A stretch of DNA of 64,000 bases from Armatimonadota bacterium (lineage in GTDB: Bacteria > Armatimonadota > UBA5829 > DTLH01): assembly GCA_038207085.1 (NCBI GenBank), contig JBBRAE010000007.1, positions 32,001-96,000 of the forward strand, written 5' to 3'. Position 1 is the first letter of the stretch. Every line of letters starts with the position of its first letter. Shown piece by piece: positions 57,295-64,000 of the stretch. The position numbers and the translations under genes were made by a program. Under the pieces are notes generated by a model that saw only the letters and a program-made list of their open reading frames with translations, searched no databases and was not told where the DNA came from.

Positions 57295-58604
57295 TCCTCT
57301 TCCATCCCTTCGAGCGCGACATCCTTCAGCTCACCCATCGGCACCGACGGGAAGAACTTCACAAACGACAGGAAAAGCAGCAGGAAGAGCCCAAGCGACC
57401 CAAGGCTGATGCACCCCTCAACCAGCCTGGGCGCATATATCCCCCACGACGACGGCACGAAGTTGTTCGCAAGCCCCCCGACGATAATCACAAACCGCTC
57501 GAACCACATCCCGACGTTGATCAGAATCCCAATGATAAACAGCCACGTCCAGTTGGTGCGAAGCTTCTTCCAGAAAAGCGTCATCGGCACAATGACGTTT
57601 AGGAACACCATCGCCCAATAGAACGGCCCGTACGGGCCCGTCGCGCGAATCACATTGAACTGCCGCTCAAAGATATCGCCGCTGTACCAGGCCATAAACA
57701 CCTCGACGATATAGGCGTAACCCACAATCGACCCAGTAAGAATGAGAAGCAGTGCCATCTGCTCAAAATAGTATAGCGAAAGAATCCTCTCAAGCTTGAG
57801 CACCTTCCTAAGGGGTATCAAAAGCGTAATCACCATCGCAAGTCCGGAGTGAATCGCCCCTGCGACGAAGTACGGCGCAAATATCGTCGTGTGCCACCCG
57901 GGGTTGATCGACATCGCAAAGTCCCACGAGACAACGCTGTGCACGGATATTACCAGGGGTGTCGCAAGCGCCGCGAGCGCGAGATACCCCCGCGCGTAGT
58001 GCCTCCACTTGTCCCAACTCGGCGTCCACCCAAACGCGAGTATCGAATAGAGCTTCTTTCGCCACCCCTCAGACCTGTCACGCACCGTCCCAAGGTCAGG
58101 AATCAGCCCAAGGTAGAAGAAAAGCAGGCTCACAGTGAAGTAAGTAGTAACCGCGACCACGTCCCACACCAAAGGTGACTTGAAGTTCGGCCACAAATAC
58201 CTCCAGTTCGGATACGGCAGTATCCAGTAAAACACCCAAACGCGCCCGAGGTGGATCAGTGGGAAGAGCCCCGCTGTCATAATCGCAAAGAGCGTCATCG
58301 CCTCAGCCGCACGGTTGATCCCGTTGCGCCACTTGGTCCTGAAAAGAAACAGAATCGCCGAAATGAGCGTCCCTGAGTGTGCAATTCCGATCCACCACAC
58401 GAAGTTCGTGATGTATGTTCCCCACGAGACCGGCACGTTCAGCCCGGTGACCCCCATCCCGAGGAAATACTGCACAGCGTAGGCCGCGACGCCGATCACG
58501 AGCATCAGGAAGCACACCCCAAGCGTGATGAGATAACCCCTCGACGGCCTGTCGAGCGACCCTATTATCAGATCATCAATCTCGCGCAAGACTCCGTTTG
58601 CCAC
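57291..58604 (-). CDS. actC: Alternative complex III quinol-binding subunit C (NrfD family)
   Basis: NFVWWIGIAHSGTLISAIL, HLGRVW, SVHSVVSWDF, GWHTTIFAPYFVAGAI, GMWFERF. Confidence 0.92.
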   Translation of the reverse strand: MANGVLREIDDLIIGSLDRPSRGYLITLGVCFLMLVIGVAAYAVQYFLGMGVTGLNVPVSWGTYITNFVWWIGIAHSGTLISAILFLFRTKWRNGINRAAEAMTLFAIMTAGLFPLIHLGRVWVFYWILPYPNWRYLWPNFKSPLVWDVVAVTTYFTVSLLFFYLGLIPDLGTVRDRSEGWRKKLYSILAFGWTPSWDKWRHYARGYLALAALATPLVISVHSVVSWDFAMSINPGWHTTIFAPYFVAGAIHSGLAMVITLLIPLRKVLKLERILSLYYFEQMALLLILTGSIVGYAYIVEVFMAWYSGDIFERQFNVIRATGPYGPFYWAMVFLNVIVPMTLFWKKLRTNWTWLFIIGILINVGMWFERFVIIVGGLANNFVPSSWGIYAPRLVEGCISLGSLGLFLLLFLSFVKFFPSVPMGELKDVALEGMEEE

Positions 58605-58605
58605 G

Positions 58606-61497
58606 TCAAATCTCCTCGACAATCCGCTTGAGATAGATCACCGCAGGCTTGGTGTTCAGCTTATGGAGCGCCTGATAGGCCCTTGGGTCGGTTCTGACGA
58701 TCCGAGAAACCTCCGAGTGCGGGTCCATCAAGTCACCAAACGTATATACCCCAGTCGGGCACGTCTGCTGGCACGCTGTGACGACCTCCCCATCGCGAGG
58801 CTCCCGACCTTCTTTACGCGCACTGATCTCCGCCTCGCGAATGCGTTGGATGCAGAACGTGCACTTCTCCATAACGCCTCGGTCGCGCACGGTCACATCA
58901 GGGTTCAGCCTCCAGTTCATCGGCTCGGGCCAGGTATAATGGAACCAGTTAAACCGCCGCACCTTGTAGGGGCAATTGTTCGCGCAGTAGCGAGTGCCGA
59001 TGCAGCGATTGTAGACCTGCATATTGATGCCTTCATCGCTGTGTGCCGCCGCAAATACCGGGCAAACCGATTCACATGGAGCCGCGTCGCAGTGCTGGCA
59101 GAGCATCGGGTCAAAGAGCACCGGCGCGGCCTTTTGCGACCAGTCGATGTATGAATCGATCCGAAGCCACGTCATCTCCCGACCCCACCTCGCGTCCCGA
59201 GCGCCGACTACCGCGACGTTGTTTTCCACATAGCACGCCGCCACGCAAGCCTCGCAGCCGATGCACTTGTCAAGATCGACCACAAGAGCCCACCGGTGCT
59301 TATCGTGATCGTGTCCGGGCTGAAAGTCCTCGCGCCCGTAGCCTTGGGGAAGCGGCATAGCGATCTTGTCGCGCTTCTCAGACTTACCGAGCCCCGTTAC
59401 CCGTGCGATCCCTCGCCCGTGCTGGTCCTGACTCCCTCGAAGCCGGTTGAGCACCAGTGTCGCATCACCCGGCCCAACCCGCACAGTCTGGGCAAACGTC
59501 GGAGTCATCTTCCAGCCATTGGCTCCGACACCTTTGGCGAACCGCCCATACTCGGTGTGCCCCTGCCCGATCGGAATAGCGATCGTCCCCGGCGCGACCC
59601 CTTCCCAGACATAGACCGGAGCCTCATACTGCGAAGACAACACTGTCATCCCACCGCCTTCGACATCCCTTGTAACCCGAACAACATCTTTGGTCACGAC
59701 GCCGAGCTTCCTCGCGGTCTCCGGGTGCATCTCGACCCAGGAGCCCCAGACAGTGCGAACGACCGGCTCAGGAATCTCCTGCAGTGTCCTCTTGTTCGCG
59801 CTTCGACCATCGTAGAAGCAGACGTGAGGGAATGTGTAGAGCTTGAGCTCGTCCTTACCAGGCGAGAAGAAGTCGAGCCGAGGAGTCCCGGCACGAGCCG
59901 CAGCACGCAGCGCAACTTTGAACGCTGGCGGCCCAGGCGCAGACGCACCGGACGCAGCGGGAGGCACATTGGTAGTGCGTCCGACCATCGGGCGCACATT
60001 ACGCGACGCGGGCGAAGGAGTCCACTTGCCTCCAACCTGAACAACCGCCTCCCACGCAGGCGCAACCGCAGTGACCTCTCCTCCCAGAGCTATGGGAGCG
60101 CCCCAGCGCCTTCTCAAGAACTCATAGTAAGAAGCAGCTCCGAGATCAGCCCCAGCCCGGCGGGCAAGCTCCAGAAAAATGTCCCCGGCAGGCCGGGTGT
60201 CGAATATACGGCCCATAGTAGGCTGCATCACGTTCGAAACATCGGGGTAAGGTTGATAGTCGCCCCAGGACTCAAGAAAATGGTCGATCGGAAGCACCCA
60301 GTTGGCGATAGCAGCGGTCTCATCGTAGTAAGGCGACATGTTGACTATGTGGCGGACGTTCTTCGCCGCTTCGACAAAGGCTCCCCAATACGCAAAAGCG
60401 GGGTTCGCCTGGTGCACGATCAACACATCGATGTTGCCCGCGCCCATATCGGCCACAAGCGCGTCCATATCCTCACTCGGCGACACAAGCGAGAGCGCAT
60501 GCGGCCTGCCGGTGTCGACCAGCCCGCCCCCTCGCGCCGAGTTGATCGCCATCGCAGCCCGGGCCGAATAGGCGTCGCCCCCCGGAAGGGCGATAGGCCT
60601 CGAAGCCGCCGCAAGCGCCCGCCCAGCCGCTCGGATGTCGTCGGCGTCGATCCCAAGCCGCTTCGCCACGGCATCTGCCGTAAACCCGGAAGGCGCGCCG
60701 ATCCCAGCCTCCGAGGCAATCGCATAAACGACAGCTGCCTCAGATCCCGCTGGCACGATGATCCTAAGGTCCGCGCTCGCAGCCGTAGCCGAAACCCTCG
60801 GCCCGACGTACACGAACTTAGCCCGACGCCCGCCTCTTGCTTCGCGAACAGCCCCAAACTGCCACGCAAACTCGACGGGGGATATCCAAGTCTCAAGAAA
60901 ATCCGCAGAAGATGAGAGTATGAAGTCGCTTCCGGCAATGTTGAACCACGGCACAACCCCGCCAGTGACATTCTTAATAGCCGAGTAGTCTATCGGCTCA
61001 TATACAACGACTCGACCTCCGAGCGACCCCGCGAACGAGCGCATCAGAGCGTCAAGCGACCCCGACTGAAGATCAGTCACAACCGCAACCCGCCCCCGAG
61101 CCTCCCGAATCGCCGTTCCAAGCTCTGAAAGTGCATCATCCCACTTCACGGAAGCGAGCCGCCTCGATTCCCCTCGCCGTTTCGGTCGTTTCAGCCTGTC
61201 GGGGTCATACAGCCCGTCGAGCGATGCCTGACCACGCACGCAGAGCCTTCCAAGCGCCACCGGCTGAAGCGGGTTCCCCTCGCACTTGACTGCATGCACC
61301 TCGCGCGTCCGCACTAGCATGCCGCACCCCGCAGGGCACTCTCTGCAGCTCGTCGCATACCACAGACTTGCTCCGGGGATTAGATCATCAGGCTGATGGA
61401 TGAACGGGATGAGGTGCTCATACCCCGCCGCCGAGAGACTAAGTCCTCCCGCGATCAGCCCCATTCCCTTCAGCAATTCACGACGTGTAAGAGGCAA
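58606..61497 (-). CDS. actB: Alternative complex III subunit B (molybdopterin-oxidoreductase-like domain plus Fe-S domain)
   Basis: Tat motif TRRELLK after TTG 61497; CIGCEAC, CQHC, CIGTRYC, CTFC. Confidence 0.9.
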   Translation of the reverse strand: MPLTRRELLKGMGLIAGGLSLSAAGYEHLIPFIHQPDDLIPGASLWYATSCRECPAGCGMLVRTREVHAVKCEGNPLQPVALGRLCVRGQASLDGLYDPDRLKRPKRRGESRRLASVKWDDALSELGTAIREARGRVAVVTDLQSGSLDALMRSFAGSLGGRVVVYEPIDYSAIKNVTGGVVPWFNIAGSDFILSSSADFLETWISPVEFAWQFGAVREARGGRRAKFVYVGPRVSATAASADLRIIVPAGSEAAVVYAIASEAGIGAPSGFTADAVAKRLGIDADDIRAAGRALAAASRPIALPGGDAYSARAAMAINSARGGGLVDTGRPHALSLVSPSEDMDALVADMGAGNIDVLIVHQANPAFAYWGAFVEAAKNVRHIVNMSPYYDETAAIANWVLPIDHFLESWGDYQPYPDVSNVMQPTMGRIFDTRPAGDIFLELARRAGADLGAASYYEFLRRRWGAPIALGGEVTAVAPAWEAVVQVGGKWTPSPASRNVRPMVGRTTNVPPAASGASAPGPPAFKVALRAAARAGTPRLDFFSPGKDELKLYTFPHVCFYDGRSANKRTLQEIPEPVVRTVWGSWVEMHPETARKLGVVTKDVVRVTRDVEGGGMTVLSSQYEAPVYVWEGVAPGTIAIPIGQGHTEYGRFAKGVGANGWKMTPTFAQTVRVGPGDATLVLNRLRGSQDQHGRGIARVTGLGKSEKRDKIAMPLPQGYGREDFQPGHDHDKHRWALVVDLDKCIGCEACVAACYVENNVAVVGARDARWGREMTWLRIDSYIDWSQKAAPVLFDPMLCQHCDAAPCESVCPVFAAAHSDEGINMQVYNRCIGTRYCANNCPYKVRRFNWFHYTWPEPMNWRLNPDVTVRDRGVMEKCTFCIQRIREAEISARKEGREPRDGEVVTACQQTCPTGVYTFGDLMDPHSEVSRIVRTDPRAYQALHKLNTKPAVIYLKRIVEEI

Positions 61498-61681
61498 CTT
61501 TCTGTGACCCTCCGAACTTGCACTATCCGACAAACACTGGTACCATGCCCACGTAGCAAGTATGCTTATCCGTAATAAGAGTATTCTATCCAGGCTCAAC
61601 AATTCCTACACCTTTTAGCTAACTATTTTTCGGGGTATACTGTTCCGTATCAATCGACCGACCATACGGAGGAAGTTACTT

Positions 61682-62401
61682 ATGTGGACTGCTTTTCTGA
61701 TAGGCCTCGCGGCAGGACTGGCTAACACCGCCCACTGCCTCGGAATGTGCGGAGGATTCCCTCTGCATCTAGCAAAGCAATCGACCAGCGGACGCGGCGC
61801 GATGCGTCAGATGCTATTCCTAACAGGCAAAGCCTTCACATACATCTTTCTCGGCGCAATCGCCGGAGCGCTCGGCATGGTCCTCCTAAAGAACACCCCA
61901 GTTGCAGCGGCCGCCCCAGCGCTCAGGATTGCAACCGGCTCGCTCACAGTGCTCTTCGGGCTCTTGATGCTCGGAGTGAAGCTCCCTGCGATCAAGTCCC
62001 TCCAGGGAGTCGCCGATGCAGGAGTAGTCCGAAGTCTCTTCGGCGGCCTACTTACCAACCCGAGCCCGACAGCCGCCTTCATCCTCGGCCTTGGCGTCGG
62101 CTTCCTCCCCTGCCCGCTCCCGATCGGCATGCTTCTTGTCGCAGCCACCTCGCACAACATATTCGAGGGAATGGCGATAATGACCGGCGTCGGCCTCGGG
62201 ACAGCTCCCGGGCTCCTTGCCGCAGGCGTCCTTGGTATTGGAATCGACCGCCGCTTCGCAAGATCAGGCGCAAGAGTCGCCGGAGTCGCAGTTATCTTGA
62301 TCGGGCTCTTCACCCTCGGCAAAGCGACCGGCATCGTCAAGATGCAGCACCCGCCCGCCAAACACACGACCCCTTCCTGCTGTGGAGGGGCATCACATTG
62401 A
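61682..62401 (+). CDS. DsbD_2/TauE-like membrane protein (cbb3/cytochrome biogenesis)
   Basis: HCLGMCGG, GFLPC. Confidence 0.85.
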   Translation: MWTAFLIGLAAGLANTAHCLGMCGGFPLHLAKQSTSGRGAMRQMLFLTGKAFTYIFLGAIAGALGMVLLKNTPVAAAAPALRIATGSLTVLFGLLMLGVKLPAIKSLQGVADAGVVRSLFGGLLTNPSPTAAFILGLGVGFLPCPLPIGMLLVAATSHNIFEGMAIMTGVGLGTAPGLLAAGVLGIGIDRRFARSGARVAGVAVILIGLFTLGKATGIVKMQHPPAKHTTPSCCGGASH

Positions 62402-64000
62402 CGACCAAACGCCGCGCCTGCGACTACTGCGGCCTCGTCTTCACAGGCACAGGGTACGGCGCAGGGGATCGCCACTACTGCTGCTGCGGCTGCTACCTCG
62501 CGGAACGCATAGTCGGCGATAAATCCGGCGACGGCATCGCCTCTTGGATTCTCATAAGACTCGGCGTCGGCGCGTTTCTATCCATGAATGTGATGATGAT
62601 CAGCCTGGTCCTCTACGCGAGCAATTCGGGCGAAATCGGAGCCGCAACCGTACGAGCGCTTCGCTGGATTATGCTCCTGCTCTCAACCCCGGCTGTGATC
62701 ATCCAGGGCATCCCCTTTATTGCAGGCGCCACCAAGTCGCTCAGGCAGGCGAAACTCAGCACCGATATGCTGATCGCCACCGGTTCGGTAGCCGCGTTCG
62801 CCGTAAGCGCCGCAAACGTCGTGCGCAACTCAGGAGAGGTCTACTTCGACACCGCGACGATGCTGCTTTTCATCGTGACGCTCGGTCGATTGATCGAAGC
62901 CGCCGCCAAGAACCGCACCTCCGCCTCCATCCGTGAACTCGTCGACCTAACCCCCGCAGTCGCACGTGTTATACGCGACGGCATCGAACAAGAAATCCCA
63001 TCAAGCGAGGTGCGAGAAGGCGACCTGATGATCGTCCGCACCGGCGAACGCATCCCATCCGACGGCGAGATCGCCTCCGGCGAATGTCTGATCGAAGAAT
63101 CAGCCTTCACCGGTGAGAGCCGCCCAAGGTCCGCGAGCCCCGGCGACCGTGTCTACGGAGGAAGCGTCAACTGCGACGGTCTGATCGAGGTCCACGCGAC
63201 CGCCGTTGGAGGCGAAACCCTGCTCTCACGAATCCACGACCTCGTCCACCAGGCCCAAACAGAGCGAGCGCCAATCGAGCGGCTGACCGAGCGAGTTTCG
63301 ACCATATTCGTCCCCTTAATCTGGCTGATCACCATCTGCTGCGCCGCCTATTGGGCCTACTTCCGGGGAAATATCGAGCAGGCCGCCATGTCCTCCCTTG
63401 CCGTGCTCGTCGTAGCCTGCCCCTGCGCTCTTGGGCTCGCCACCCCGATGGCGACGTGCATCGCAATCGGCAAAGCCGCGAGAGCCGGTGTCCTGATCAG
63501 GTCCGGCGAGGTGCTCGAAGCCCTTCCAGGTGTCACATGGGTCTTCTTCGACAAAACCGGCACGCTCACCGACAACAACCTCACCGTCACGGGCCTGCGG
63601 ACGCTGCCCGGCGAGTCCGAGGCAGACGTATTGACCGCCGCCGCATCGCTTGAGTCTGCCTGCACCCATTCCATAGCCCGGGCGGTCGTAGCATTCGCAG
63701 GCTCCCGTGGACTAGCGCCAATCCCTGTCGAAAACTTCCGAGCGATCCCAGGCAGAGGCGTCACAGGAACAGTCAAAGACAAGAGCATAACGGTCGGCTC
63801 GCTCGCTCTCATTCGCGAGTCCCACCAAGTCTCACCAGCGCTGATCACAGACGACGACCTGACGGCGACCTACATCGGCTGGGAGGGCCACGCGCGGGCA
63901 TCGTTCACCCTCGCCGACACCCCGCGCCCAGAGTCAAGCCAGACCATCACAAGACTCAACACGCTTGGCCTCCACTGCGCCCTGATCTCCGGCGATCAAC
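62398..64000 (+). CDS. ccoI: P1B-type heavy-metal (Cu) ATPase, CcoI-like; runs off the window
   Basis: Not in the supplied ORF track. TTG 62398: MTTKRRACDYCG...YCCCGC, YFDTA, TGES, ACPCALGLATP, FDKTGTLT. Confidence 0.88.
   Translation, partial: MTTKRRACDYCGLVFTGTGYGAGDRHYCCCGCYLAERIVGDKSGDGIASWILIRLGVGAFLSMNVMMISLVLYASNSGEIGAATVRALRWIMLLLSTPAVIIQGIPFIAGATKSLRQAKLSTDMLIATGSVAAFAVSAANVVRNSGEVYFDTATMLLFIVTLGRLIEAAAKNRTSASIRELVDLTPAVARVIRDGIEQEIPSSEVREGDLMIVRTGERIPSDGEIASGECLIEESAFTGESRPRSASPGDRVYGGSVNCDGLIEVHATAVGGETLLSRIHDLVHQAQTERAPIERLTERVSTIFVPLIWLITICCAAYWAYFRGNIEQAAMSSLAVLVVACPCALGLATPMATCIAIGKAARAGVLIRSGEVLEALPGVTWVFFDKTGTLTDNNLTVTGLRTLPGESEADVLTAAASLESACTHSIARAVVAFAGSRGLAPIPVENFRAIPGRGVTGTVKDKSITVGSLALIRESHQVSPALITDDDLTATYIGWEGHARASFTLADTPRPESSQTITRLNTLGLHCALISGDQ

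Noticed and set aside
59296..60915. Long antisense ORFs (also 51986-53386, 53875-54945, 15814-17001, 27376-28689, 17767-19980, 38403-39386)
   Set aside because: Shadow frames of well-supported genes in GC-rich DNA, with no recognisable motifs

Overview
GC-rich bacterial chromosome segment. It is most likely from a diderm Terrabacteria lineage such as Armatimonadota; this is inferred from flgH/flgI occurring alongside a Firmicute-like large SRP RNA, CIRCE and fliW. Contents from left to right: (1) the 3' part of a sugar ABC permease; (2) a minus-strand flagellar cluster (flgF-G-A-H-I-J-M-N-K-L, fliW, fliC, fliD, fliS, a chaperone-like gene and an M14 peptidase) with sigma-28 promoters and CsrA-type hairpins but no csrA; (3) mtlD, cdd, mutS2, ybaB, dnaX and SRP RNA; (4) an ABC/TPR trio; (5) accB-hom-thrC-purC; (6) csp, comF, a GT2, an S8 protease and a degenerate MoeA; (7) CIRCE-groESL; (8) MFS, ferredoxin, Gfo/Idh/MocA and folP; (9) a ~20 kb respiratory region. 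That region holds a split CbcL-like quinol oxidase (11-heme cytochrome c plus cytochrome b) with a 16-heme tandem-repeat cytochrome, an alternative complex III operon interleaved with a reshuffled cbb3 oxidase, and ccoI-type assembly genes. A c-di-GMP-I riboswitch with a clear expression platform but no downstream ORF points at the end of the ACIII/cbb3 operon. Several families of small palindromic repeats and MITEs occupy intergenic regions. No CRISPR array, tRNA, rRNA or transposase was seen. All calls are by eye from motifs; no database searches were run.
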